A stretch of DNA of 53,475 nucleotides. Source: Pedosphaera sp. (GTDB taxonomy: Bacteria; Verrucomicrobiota; Verrucomicrobiia; Limisphaerales; F1-12-MAGs170). The DNA lies in NCBI GenBank assembly GCA_009695275.1, contig SIBF01000004.1:1-53475 (forward strand), in the 5' to 3' direction. The translations under genes were made by a program, and so were the position numbers. Below the pieces are notes generated by a model, which was not told the DNA's origin, ran no database searches, and was given only the letters and a program-made list of their open reading frames with translations. Positions 28,886 through 37,813 of the stretch are shown piece after piece (the first letter of the stretch is position 1; each line of letters begins with the position of its first letter).

Positions 28886-30415
28886 ATGCAAACCCTCCCA
28901 CTCCTCGCCCAACTCAACATCCCCGGCGGCTTCGGCCTTGCGGCTCTTGCGGTCGTCGGCATCGTCATTGTCATCGTCATTTTTGGCGCTGTGTGGGCCA
29001 GCCGTTACACCAAGGTCGGCCCGAACGAAGTCCTCGTGGTTTCCGGCCGCCAGTACCGCGTCACCGATCCCGACGGCACGGTGCGCACACGTGGGTTCCG
29101 CATCGTCAAGGGCGGCGGCTCGTTCATCGTCCCGGTGCTGGAAAAGGTGGACATCCTCTCGCTGGAGCTGCTCACCATTGATGTGCAGACGCCCGAGGTT
29201 TACACCAGCAAGGGCGTACCGGTGAAGGTGGACGGCGTGGCGCAGATCAAGGTCAAGGGCGACGACATATCCATCGCCACCGCCTCTGAGCAGTTCCTCA
29301 GCAAGGACACCGCCGCGATCATGAACATTGCCACGCAGACGCTCGAAGGCCATCTGCGCGCGATCCTCGGCACGATGACCGTCGAGGAGATTTATCAGAA
29401 TCGCGACGCCTTCGCGCAGCAGGTGCAGGAGGTCGCTGCGGGCGACATGGCGAACATGGGCCTGGGCATCGTGAGCTTCACCATCCGCGATATCCGAGAC
29501 ACGCAGGGCTACCTTGACGCGCTCGGCAAGCCACGCATTGCGCAGGTCAAGCGTGACGCCGTCATCGCCCAGGCCGAGGCCGATCGCGACGCGATGATCA
29601 AGTCCTCGCAAGCCACGCAAGCCGGACAGGAGGCGAAGTTCGCCGCCGACTCGAAGATTGCCGAGGCGCAACGCGATTATCAGTCGAACGTCGCACAGTA
29701 CCAGGCCGCGGTGAACCAGAAGAAAGCCGAGGCCGACCTGGCGTATGATTTGCAAAAATTCAAGACTGGCCAGCTGGTGAAGGCCGAGGAAGTGCAGGTA
29801 CAGATCATCGAGAAACAGAAGATGATCGAGTTGCAGCAACAGGAAATCCTCCGCAAACAGCGCGAACTCGAGGCGATGGTGCAGAAGCCGGCCGACGCCG
29901 AGCGTTACAAGGTCGAGACCCTCGCCAACGCACGGAAGTTCCAGCTCGAAACCGAGGCTGCGGGCGCCGCCTCCGCCACGAAGGCGACCGGCTTCGCACA
30001 GGCCGACGTCAACAAAGCCACCGGCATCGCCGAGGCCGAGGCAAACAAGGCCAAGGGTCTCGCCCAGGCCGACATCATCATGGCGCAGGGCAAGGCGACC
30101 GCCGAAGCCACGCGCCTCAAAGCCGAAGCCTTCCAGCAATACAACCAGGCGGCCGTGATCGAACTGCTCGTCAAGGTGCTGCCGGAAATCGCAGGCCGCA
30201 TCAGCGAGCCGCTGGCGAAAATGGAAAAGATGATCATCATCAACTCCGGCAGCGGCCCCGGCGGCGGCGCAAGCAAGCTGACTGGTGACATCACGCAAAT
30301 CATCGCGCAGCTACCACCCGTCCTGGAGAGCCTGACCGGCGTGAAGTTCGAGAAGCTTCTCGAACAAGTGCCAGCGCTGAAGAAGGCGATGGGGAAAGAC
30401 GAGCCGAAAGCTTAA
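28886..30415 (+). CDS. Flotillin (SPFH/Band 7 domain protein)
   Basis: N-terminal TM, SPFH core (GPNEVLVVSG...IDVQTPEVYTSKGVPVKVDGVAQIKV), and a long Ala/Glu/Gln-rich coiled-coil flotillin region. Confidence 0.9.
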   Translation: MQTLPLLAQLNIPGGFGLAALAVVGIVIVIVIFGAVWASRYTKVGPNEVLVVSGRQYRVTDPDGTVRTRGFRIVKGGGSFIVPVLEKVDILSLELLTIDVQTPEVYTSKGVPVKVDGVAQIKVKGDDISIATASEQFLSKDTAAIMNIATQTLEGHLRAILGTMTVEEIYQNRDAFAQQVQEVAAGDMANMGLGIVSFTIRDIRDTQGYLDALGKPRIAQVKRDAVIAQAEADRDAMIKSSQATQAGQEAKFAADSKIAEAQRDYQSNVAQYQAAVNQKKAEADLAYDLQKFKTGQLVKAEEVQVQIIEKQKMIELQQQEILRKQRELEAMVQKPADAERYKVETLANARKFQLETEAAGAASATKATGFAQADVNKATGIAEAEANKAKGLAQADIIMAQGKATAEATRLKAEAFQQYNQAAVIELLVKVLPEIAGRISEPLAKMEKMIIINSGSGPGGGASKLTGDITQIIAQLPPVLESLTGVKFEKLLEQVPALKKAMGKDEPKA

Positions 30416-30460
30416 CACGATTGACGCGCCAAGGTTCTGAATCCCAATTCACAAAGCAGT

Positions 30461-30862
30461 ATGGCGAAACAATGGCTGATCTCCCCGCAACACGCGAAGG
30501 TTCGGCGCGTGCTGAGAACCGCCGGCCCGATTGTCCTCGTGATTGGAATTCTTTTCACGGCGACGGCGTTCGTCAGCTTCCTCGGCGCGATGGGCGGTCA
30601 AAGTGGACCTCCAAAGCTGTTCGGGTGCGGCTTTGTTGGTCTGCCGCTGATGTTCGTCGGCTCGGTGCTGTGCATGTTTGGATTCATGGGCTCAGTCACA
30701 CGGTATGCCGCCGCCGAGCAAGCGCCGGTTGCGGCAGACACCTTGAACTACCTCTCGGACCACACTCAGGAAGGCGTCAAGACGTTTTCCAAAGCCGTCG
30801 CCCAAGGCGTTGTCGAGGGAATGCGTAACACACAAGGCCGGAAGCCAGCATCTGAGAAGTGA
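30461..30862 (+). CDS. Hypothetical membrane protein (2 TM)
   Basis: Two hydrophobic segments (IVLVIGILFTATAFVSFL and FVGLPLMFVGSVLCMFGF). No known motif. Confidence 0.5.
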   Translation: MAKQWLISPQHAKVRRVLRTAGPIVLVIGILFTATAFVSFLGAMGGQSGPPKLFGCGFVGLPLMFVGSVLCMFGFMGSVTRYAAAEQAPVAADTLNYLSDHTQEGVKTFSKAVAQGVVEGMRNTQGRKPASEK

Positions 30863-30913
30863 CCGCTCTCGAACTTGCCGCAACTCAAAATCTCGAACGA
30901 AAGGATTGAACTT

Positions 30914-31135
30914 ATGTTTGCAGCAATGCTGGGCGGCTTGAAAATCCTGATGGTACTGTTTCTCCTGCCTCTGTGCCTGGCCTTCTTCGCTTTCTGGGTC
31001 TGGATGCTCATTGATTGCATTCGCAGCAAAGCGTTGAGCGATGGTGAGAAAATCGCGTGGACGCTTGTCATCGTGTTCACCCATGCAATCGGGGCATTGA
31101 TCTACCTCGTCGCAGGCCGCAAGAGGGCGTCTTGA
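30914..31135 (+). CDS. Small membrane protein, PLD-nuclease N-terminal (PLDc_N)-like
   Basis: FWVWMLIDCIRSK...KIAWTLVIVFTHAIGALIYLVAGRK matches the PLDc_N pattern. ATG 30914 is preferred over the TTG at 30875. Confidence 0.6.
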   Translation: MFAAMLGGLKILMVLFLLPLCLAFFAFWVWMLIDCIRSKALSDGEKIAWTLVIVFTHAIGALIYLVAGRKRAS

Positions 31136-31149
31136 CCACCTCATGCGTC

Positions 31150-32022
31150 ATGCGCCTTCTCGAAGCCATCATCGCCGCCAATCACCGCGCCGCTGCCGGT
31201 GACACAACCGCCGGGGTGAATCCCGGCGAGTTCGGCATTGCGTTGCCGATCGTGGCTTTGACGTGCATTGATCCACGGCTCAATCCACTCCTGCCCGAAG
31301 TGCTCGGCGTGCCGGAAGAGTCGTTCATCTGGTTGCGGAATGCGGGCAACATCATCACCGGACCGATGAGCAGCACGATGCGTTCGCTTGCGCTGGCATG
31401 CGCGGTCAAGGGCGGCAAGGAGATCGTCATCATTGGCCACACGGATTGCCTGGTGTGCAAGACGACGATGATGCAGCTCACCGACCGTTTTCGCGCCTTG
31501 GGCGTCGAGCGCGCAAGCCTGCCAGCGAATCTCAACGAATACTTCGGCCTGTTCGCCAGCGAACGGCAGAACGTGATGAAGGCCGTGGATCACGTGCGAA
31601 GCAGCCCGCTCATCGGCCCGCGTGTGCCAGTGCATGGATTGCTCGTGGAGATCACGACTGGGAAGTTGGAATGGATTGTTAACGGTTACCAGGCGCTCGA
31701 AAACGCTACGAGCACGTCGCCCTCGCCAATGCAGACCGCCGGCCCCATGCCCGGGATGAAACTTCCCGAATTCAAACTTGGTGAATTGAAGTTCCCCGAA
31801 GGCAAGATCGGCGGCGATGTGCTTCAAACCCAGAAGTGGCTTTCGCAAGTCGAAGTGGTAACGGCCGAATCCGAACAGTTGAAATTGAAAACGACTGAGC
31901 TGGAAACCAAGCCACCGCCGGTGAAACGCGGGCATGAGCCGCGCCCACCCTCACTTCCGCAGCTCCAAAAAGGGCAGGCGCCGCCGAAATTACACCAGCC
32001 TTTCACGAAGCCGAAGGAGTAG
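31150..32022 (+). CDS. Beta-carbonic-anhydrase-like protein with Pro/Lys-rich C-terminal extension
   Basis: CxDxR (LTCIDPRLNP) and HxxC (GHTDCLVC) zinc-ligand motifs. The C-terminal ~100 aa is low-complexity (KPPPVKRGHEPRPPSLPQLQKGQAPPKL). Confidence 0.7.
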   Translation: MRLLEAIIAANHRAAAGDTTAGVNPGEFGIALPIVALTCIDPRLNPLLPEVLGVPEESFIWLRNAGNIITGPMSSTMRSLALACAVKGGKEIVIIGHTDCLVCKTTMMQLTDRFRALGVERASLPANLNEYFGLFASERQNVMKAVDHVRSSPLIGPRVPVHGLLVEITTGKLEWIVNGYQALENATSTSPSPMQTAGPMPGMKLPEFKLGELKFPEGKIGGDVLQTQKWLSQVEVVTAESEQLKLKTTELETKPPPVKRGHEPRPPSLPQLQKGQAPPKLHQPFTKPKE

Positions 32023-32120
32023 TAAACTGCGGGCGCATTGCTCTTTTCCAGCCTCGAGAGCATTCCATTTCGGGATTGCAGCTTGTGTGCCGGGCAAATC
32101 TGTGCTTCTATCCTGTTCAG

Positions 32121-32447
32121 ATGACGGAAAACTGGCGCAACCAAATGCTGGGTTCTGGCACTGGTTACAAAGCCGTGCTGGCGGGGGTTCAGTTGCTCGT
32201 CTTCCTATCGCTGCTCTTTCTGGTTGCCTCGCGCGATCTCCACCTGACGTTCCACCCGAATGCGAAAGATGCCGATCACAATTGCGGCGTGACCTTGCTG
32301 GCCTCGGGCGGCCTCGAACCGGCTTCCAGCAATGTTGTGCTGCCGCGGCCACTCGGAGCCCCCCCTGCGCTGGTCGAATTTTCCTTTTCCCTGCCGTCAT
32401 CGTTCCTTCGACTGCTTCCTCACGGTCGAGCCCCTCCGGTGGTTTGA
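32121..32447 (+). CDS. Hypothetical small membrane protein (His/Cys-containing)
   Basis: One TM (AVLAGVQLLVFLSLLFLVA) followed by HLTFHPNAKDADHNCGV. Lies upstream of the metal-uptake cluster. Weak coding evidence. Confidence 0.35.
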   Translation: MTENWRNQMLGSGTGYKAVLAGVQLLVFLSLLFLVASRDLHLTFHPNAKDADHNCGVTLLASGGLEPASSNVVLPRPLGAPPALVEFSFSLPSSFLRLLPHGRAPPVV

Positions 32448-32518
32448 TCCGATCCTTTCGCCTTGGCTGAGATGGATCCCGTGTTAGGATTCTCGAGCAG
32501 TTCAAACCATTGACCTTT

Positions 32519-32543
32519 AACCCGCCTGCCGCGCGGGCGGGTT
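32519..32543 (+). terminator. GC-rich hairpin between the small ORF and the porin-like gene (terminator or regulatory)
   Basis: aacccgcc-tgccgcgcg-ggcgggtt, an 8-bp stem. The downstream T-tract is weak. Confidence 0.3.
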
Positions 32544-32556
32544 CAGATTGAAGCAT

Positions 32557-34059
32557 ATGAAGTCAAATTTCCTTTGGGCCTCGTCCCTCGCCTTGGGACT
32601 GGGTGCCCTGACGTGCTATGCCGATGATCCGGCAACCGTCGAAAAGTTACAGCAGCAATTGCAGCAGATGCAGGAGAACTTCAACCGCACCGTTCGCGAA
32701 CAACAGACGCAAATCGAGGCGCTGAAGAAACAGTTGGATCAGATCCAACGGAAGGAATCGATCCAACCGAAGGGGACGATTCCATCCTCGCCGCCCAGTG
32801 TCGCGGTCCCATCGGCGCCAGCATCGGGATCCGAGACCAAGCCCTGGTCCCCCACGGATCCCATCCGAGTCGGAGGTCGCTCCGCTTACGTTGACCTGAG
32901 CATGGTGGGAACCTTCGCGGCCGGGACTTCGACGGCGCACGATATTGAGGGCGGCACACAGATGGGGGGGCACGACCCGAATCAGCGTGGGTTCACGACC
33001 CAAGGCGTGGAACTGAACCTGCAAGGCGCGGTGGACCCCTATTTCCGCGGCAACGCAAACATCCTTTTCCAGCTCGATTCCGGCGGGGAATCGTTCGTGG
33101 AACTGGAAGAAGCATGGCTCGAGACCGTCTCCTTGCCCGCTAATTTGCAGCTTCGCGCCGGGCAATATCTGACAGAGTTCGGGCGGCTCAATACGCAACA
33201 TCCCCACAGCTGGGGCTTCGTGGATGCGCCCCTCGTCAACGGCCGATTGCTGGGCGAGGACGGCGTGCGCAATCCCGGCATCCGGCTCTCCTGGCTGGTG
33301 CCGACTCCGTTTTACTCCGAGTTGTTCGTCGGCGTGCAGAACAGCCAGGGCGGCACGTCGGACAGTTTTCGCAGCGATCATGCGGGCGAACCGTTCCTCG
33401 GGCGCATCTGGGAAGAACGCGGCGTCGGCAGTCTCGGCGATATGCTTTATTCCACGCGCTACGCGATGTCCTTTGACCTTTCGGACACGCAAACGTTGCT
33501 CGGCGGAGTTTCGGCCATCTTCGGACCGAACAGCACCGGCGGGAATACGGACACTCAAATTTATGGCGCGGATGTTTACTGGAAATGGAAGCCCGCGACG
33601 GCTCATGCCGGCTTTCCGTTCGTTTCCTGGCAGACAGAGGCGATCTTGCGGCGTCTCCAAGCGGGCGCGTTCCGCAACGACTTCAACGGCAGCGGAACGT
33701 TGGACGCCGGCGAGGATGTGTTTGGCGACGGACTGATCCACACGGCCCCGCGGGAAGGGCTCACAAACTGGGGCCTCTACTCACAATTGCTTTATGGATT
33801 CCGCGAAGGCTGGGTTGGTGGATTGCGCGGCGATTACGTGGGACGAACCAGGCGGGCGAGCTATGAGCTGGCGTATGGCGACGATTCAGACCGTCTCAGC
33901 CGCTGGCGCATTTCTCCGAACCTGACGTGGTATCCCAGCGAATTCTCCAAAATTCGCCTGCAATACAACTACGATGACCGGGACAAGATCGGCGTCGATC
34001 ACTCGGTCTGGCTTCAATTCGAGCTATTGCTCGGCGCCCATGCGGCGCACAAGTTCTGA
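32557..34059 (+). CDS. Outer-membrane beta-barrel (porin-like) protein with N-terminal coiled coil
   Basis: Signal MKSNFLWASSLALGLGALTCYA, coiled coil VEKLQQQLQQMQENFNRTVREQQTQIEALKKQL, alternating beta-strand pattern, and a C-terminal aromatic residue (...AHKF). Confidence 0.55.
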   Translation: MKSNFLWASSLALGLGALTCYADDPATVEKLQQQLQQMQENFNRTVREQQTQIEALKKQLDQIQRKESIQPKGTIPSSPPSVAVPSAPASGSETKPWSPTDPIRVGGRSAYVDLSMVGTFAAGTSTAHDIEGGTQMGGHDPNQRGFTTQGVELNLQGAVDPYFRGNANILFQLDSGGESFVELEEAWLETVSLPANLQLRAGQYLTEFGRLNTQHPHSWGFVDAPLVNGRLLGEDGVRNPGIRLSWLVPTPFYSELFVGVQNSQGGTSDSFRSDHAGEPFLGRIWEERGVGSLGDMLYSTRYAMSFDLSDTQTLLGGVSAIFGPNSTGGNTDTQIYGADVYWKWKPATAHAGFPFVSWQTEAILRRLQAGAFRNDFNGSGTLDAGEDVFGDGLIHTAPREGLTNWGLYSQLLYGFREGWVGGLRGDYVGRTRRASYELAYGDDSDRLSRWRISPNLTWYPSEFSKIRLQYNYDDRDKIGVDHSVWLQFELLLGAHAAHKF

Positions 34060-34095
34060 ATCTGAAACGAACATGAACTCGCCCGGACCGATTTT

Positions 34096-35004
34096 ATGAA
34101 AACATTTCTCGCAACAGTTTTCGCCACGTTGATCGCGACGTCGGCGCAAGCAAAGCTCAATATCGTCGTCACGACTCCCGACCTCGCCGCAATCGCCAGG
34201 GTGGTCGGCGGCGACCAGGTCGAAATCACCACGCTCGCGCGACCTACTGAAGATCCGCACTTCGTGGACGCGAAGCCGAGTTTTATCGTCAGACTTAACA
34301 AGGCGAGCGTGCTCATCGAGGGTGGGGCGGAGTTGGAGATCGGCTGGCTGCCGCCGTTGCTCGCGGGGGCGCGCAATCCGAAAATCCAATCAGGCCAGCC
34401 TGGGCGTGTTCTCTGTAGCGATGGCATATCCATGCGGGAAGTCCCGACCACTCTGGATCGCTCGAAGGGAGACTTGCATGCCAGCGGTAATCCACACTTC
34501 ATGGTTGATCCGATGAACGCCCGCATCGTGGCGCAGCATCTCGCGGATGCATTCGGCAAGCTGGAAGCGTCATCCGCAGGCATCTTCAGCGCAAACGCGA
34601 GTAAGTTCGGGGACTTGCTCGATGCAAAGATGCTCGAATGGGAGAAAACACTGGCACCTTTCAAAGGGCGCGAGATCGTGGCGTATCACAATTCGTGGCT
34701 TTACTTCGCGGAACGGTTTGGACTGAAGATTGAACTATTTCTTGAGCCAAAGCCGGGCATCCCGCCCTCACCCTCACATCTGGCGGAGGTGATTTCAAAG
34801 ATGAAGGAGATGAACGCGCGCGTGGTCATCGTGGATCCTTACCTGAACCGCAAGACTGCGGAAACCGTGGCGCGCGGTACGGACGCCACCGTTCTTGACG
34901 TGGCACAATTCCCGGGCGGCGTGAAGGGAACGGAAGGCGGCTACATCGCGTTGATGGATTATCTGGTGAACTCGCTGGCGAAGGCTCTGGGAGACAAGAA
35001 GTGA
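34096..35004 (+). CDS. Metal ABC transporter substrate-binding protein (ZnuA/TroA family)
   Basis: Signal peptide, EDPHFVDAKPS, GNPHFMVDP and YHNSWLYFAERFGL motifs of cluster A-I SBPs. Confidence 0.85.
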   Translation: MKTFLATVFATLIATSAQAKLNIVVTTPDLAAIARVVGGDQVEITTLARPTEDPHFVDAKPSFIVRLNKASVLIEGGAELEIGWLPPLLAGARNPKIQSGQPGRVLCSDGISMREVPTTLDRSKGDLHASGNPHFMVDPMNARIVAQHLADAFGKLEASSAGIFSANASKFGDLLDAKMLEWEKTLAPFKGREIVAYHNSWLYFAERFGLKIELFLEPKPGIPPSPSHLAEVISKMKEMNARVVIVDPYLNRKTAETVARGTDATVLDVAQFPGGVKGTEGGYIALMDYLVNSLAKALGDKK

Positions 35005-35005
35005 T

Positions 35006-35872
35006 ATGGATGCGAATGATCCAACGACTTGGTGGCAGGTGCTGGCCGTAATGAAATGGCCTCTGGTTGCGTGCCTGATTCTACCGCCGCTGCTGGTTTA
35101 CTTCGGCCTGCACATCATCCGGCGGGGAGTGATCTTCGTTGACCTTGCACTCGCGCAAGTGGCCACCCTGGGCGCGTGCGTGGCGATCCTGTTCCAATTT
35201 GACCCGCACGACTGGCAAAGCTACGCATTCTCTTTTGCGTTCACGCTCATCGGCGCGGCAATCTTCACGCTCACGCGCACGAAGGAACATCATCAAGTGC
35301 CCCAGGAGGCATTGATTGGCATCGTCTATGTGGTCGCGGCCGCGGGCGGGATTTTACTGCTCAACAACAGTCCGCACGGCAACGAGGAACTGAAGCAGAC
35401 GCTCGTCGGCGAATTGCTCTACCTGCAAACGCCGGCGCAAGTGCTCCTGCCCTTTGCGCTTTTCATGGCGATCGGCGTCGTACACTTCATCTTTCGCAAA
35501 AAGTTTCTCACCATCTCATTCGAACCGGCGCTCGCCAGGAAGGAAAAGCTCTCGATCCGGGGTTGGGATTTTCTTTTCTACGCGCTGTTCGGAATCGTGG
35601 TTACGACGTTCGTTCACATTGGCGGTGTGCTGCTGGTATTTTCCTATCTGATCATCCCGGCGGTTTGCGCAAATCTTCTGGCGCGAGGCCTGATTCCGCT
35701 GCTCGCCATCGGGTGCGGGATTTCCACTCTGGGAAGTGTGCTTGGAGTGTACTGCTCTGGTGCATTCAACTGGCCTGTTGGAGCGGCGATTGTCTGCGTG
35801 CTCGGAGTTGTCCTTCTCGGTGTAGCAGTCGTCGCCAGTTTGCGTCGGATCAACCCGGATCCTCATGACTGA
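35006..35872 (+). CDS. Metal ABC transporter permease (ZnuB/ABC-3 family)
   Basis: About 8 TM segments. Starts 1 nt after the SBP stop codon. Typical ABC-3 pattern (FVDLALAQVATLGA...IVYVVAAAGGILLL). Confidence 0.85.
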   Translation: MDANDPTTWWQVLAVMKWPLVACLILPPLLVYFGLHIIRRGVIFVDLALAQVATLGACVAILFQFDPHDWQSYAFSFAFTLIGAAIFTLTRTKEHHQVPQEALIGIVYVVAAAGGILLLNNSPHGNEELKQTLVGELLYLQTPAQVLLPFALFMAIGVVHFIFRKKFLTISFEPALARKEKLSIRGWDFLFYALFGIVVTTFVHIGGVLLVFSYLIIPAVCANLLARGLIPLLAIGCGISTLGSVLGVYCSGAFNWPVGAAIVCVLGVVLLGVAVVASLRRINPDPHD

Positions 35873-36001
35873 TACTCGGAGTCGCAATTCCCATCAGTTG
35901 GTTTGATTTCCCTAATCTGATGATTCTCTCATCAATCAGCCGCGCGCTGGCAGCGCTCAAAAGTCAATTGTGCCTCCAATAAACGCTGCTACCTTGCCGC
36001 C

Positions 36002-37054
36002 GTGAATGTTTTAGTTATCGCGATTCTTATCGTGGCCGCCTTGGGCAATTCCGCCTCCTTGACGAAAGCGGCCCAAACAAAGGAACGTCAGAAAAGCTCC
36101 CAAAAGCCAGTTGCCAGCACCACGTACATAGACCCCATCGAGCACGAGTATGAGAAGCTTCTCGAACTCGACGACGCGGCTCAAGAGGAAGTGGACAAGT
36201 GGATTCGCGACGCAAAGGCCTTCGAAGTGAAAGGCTCTTCCCTGCCGGAAGCCATGCTGAACTCTAAAATCGAGCAGCGTTTCGGTGAGGTGAAGAAATC
36301 ATACGAAACGTTTCTTCAGTTACACCCAAAACATGCGAAAGCGCGCCTGGCTTATGGAAGTTTTCTAAATGACATCCAGGAGGACGGAGCAGCCGTCACG
36401 CACTGGGAGAAAGCACGTGAACTGGACCCGTCAAATCCGGCAGCCTGGAATAACCTCGCCAATCACTACGGTCATCGCGGCCCGATAAAGAAGTCGTTCG
36501 AGTATTATGACAAAGCCATCGAACTCAATCCGAAGGAACCCGTGTATCTCCAAAACCTCGCGACGACCGTTTATCTGTTTCGGGATGACGCCATGGGACA
36601 TTACCACATCACCGAGGATCAGGTGTTCGCCAAAGCCCTCGACCTTTATCGTCAGGCGTTGAAGCTCGACCCGAAAAATTTCCCGCTCGCGACCGACCTT
36701 GCACAGTCGTATTACGGCATCAAACCCCTGCGAACCAAGGAAGCCCTCGAAGCTTGGGAATACGCCGTCAAAGTGGCCAACGACAACATCGAGCGCGAAG
36801 GCGTGTACCTGCACATGGCCCGGGTGGAACTCAACTCAGGAATGTTTATTGCCGCCCGCCAGCATATCAACATTGTCACCAATCAAATGTATGATGTGTT
36901 AAAGGGCCGCCTCATCCGCAATCTTGCTGAGAAGGAAGCAAAAGCGAAGAAAGGCGATTCCGCAGGAGCCGCAAACACGCTCGGAACTTTAAGCTCTGGC
37001 GCCTCGAAGCCTTCCGCGTCCGCAATCGGCACCAGTCGCGAGCCTGCAAAGTAG
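36002..37054 (+). CDS. TPR repeat protein, secreted or membrane-anchored
   Basis: GTG start, hydrophobic N-terminus, and several TPR units (AWNNLANHYGHRGPIKKSFEYYDKAIELNP and VYLQNLATTVY). Confidence 0.7.
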   Translation: MNVLVIAILIVAALGNSASLTKAAQTKERQKSSQKPVASTTYIDPIEHEYEKLLELDDAAQEEVDKWIRDAKAFEVKGSSLPEAMLNSKIEQRFGEVKKSYETFLQLHPKHAKARLAYGSFLNDIQEDGAAVTHWEKARELDPSNPAAWNNLANHYGHRGPIKKSFEYYDKAIELNPKEPVYLQNLATTVYLFRDDAMGHYHITEDQVFAKALDLYRQALKLDPKNFPLATDLAQSYYGIKPLRTKEALEAWEYAVKVANDNIEREGVYLHMARVELNSGMFIAARQHINIVTNQMYDVLKGRLIRNLAEKEAKAKKGDSAGAANTLGTLSSGASKPSASAIGTSREPAK

Positions 37055-37133
37055 CTCCACTGCGTCAATGACGGCAGTGACTCTCCACGGCAGAGCCGAA
37101 AGGATTGTCCTCAATCCCTCTCCGATTTCCGCG

Positions 37134-37613
37134 CTACGGCGAAACCGCCAGCCGTTCCTCATTCGCTTCATGCTTCATCAGGACGCCGTGCTCCTTGTAA
37201 GGCTTCAGCAGGAAGTGGGTGGCCGTGGAGATGACACCTTGAATCGTCGCCAGTTTTTCAGAAACAAACGTCGCCACTTCGCGCAGACTGTTTCCTTCGA
37301 CGATGACCAGCAGATCGTAGCCTCCGGACATCAGATAGCATGACTCCACCTCGGGATACTTGGCGATCCTCTCCGCCAGCCGGTCGAATCCGCCTCCGCG
37401 TTCGGGGGTGATCTTCACCTCGATCACGGCGCGCACGCTTTCCATGCCGAGCTTTTCCTCGTTCAAAATCGTTCGGTAGCCGAGAATGACGTGATCCTGT
37501 TCGTAGGACTTGATCTTCGCCACCACTTCGCTCTCGGATTGATTGAGCATGGCGGCAAGTTGATTTGGTTTGAGCGCGGCGTTCTCCCGCAAAAGTTTCA
37601 GCAACGGTTCCAT
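37134..37613 (-). CDS. Lrp/AsnC family transcriptional regulator
   Basis: N-terminal HTH (LLKLLRENAALKPNQLAAMLNQSESEVVAKIKSYE) plus a C-terminal RAM/ASNC domain (AVIEVKITPE...YDLLVIVEG). Confidence 0.85.
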   Translation of the reverse strand: MEPLLKLLRENAALKPNQLAAMLNQSESEVVAKIKSYEQDHVILGYRTILNEEKLGMESVRAVIEVKITPERGGGFDRLAERIAKYPEVESCYLMSGGYDLLVIVEGNSLREVATFVSEKLATIQGVISTATHFLLKPYKEHGVLMKHEANEERLAVSP

Positions 37614-37813
37614 GCGTCAAAGCTACACACATTGAAGCCCGGCCGCCAAGAGCGCATTCATGTATTCCAAACACCGCAAGGGCTCTAAAACCCATCATCA
37701 CCGACTTCCTGAGACCTCGACCGCCGCGTTCAAGCTCTTTGCGAAAATCGAACTTTCGTGAATCGACAACCAAAGAAGGCTGCGATCCAATCTCGCCGCT
37801 GAAAAACCATCCC

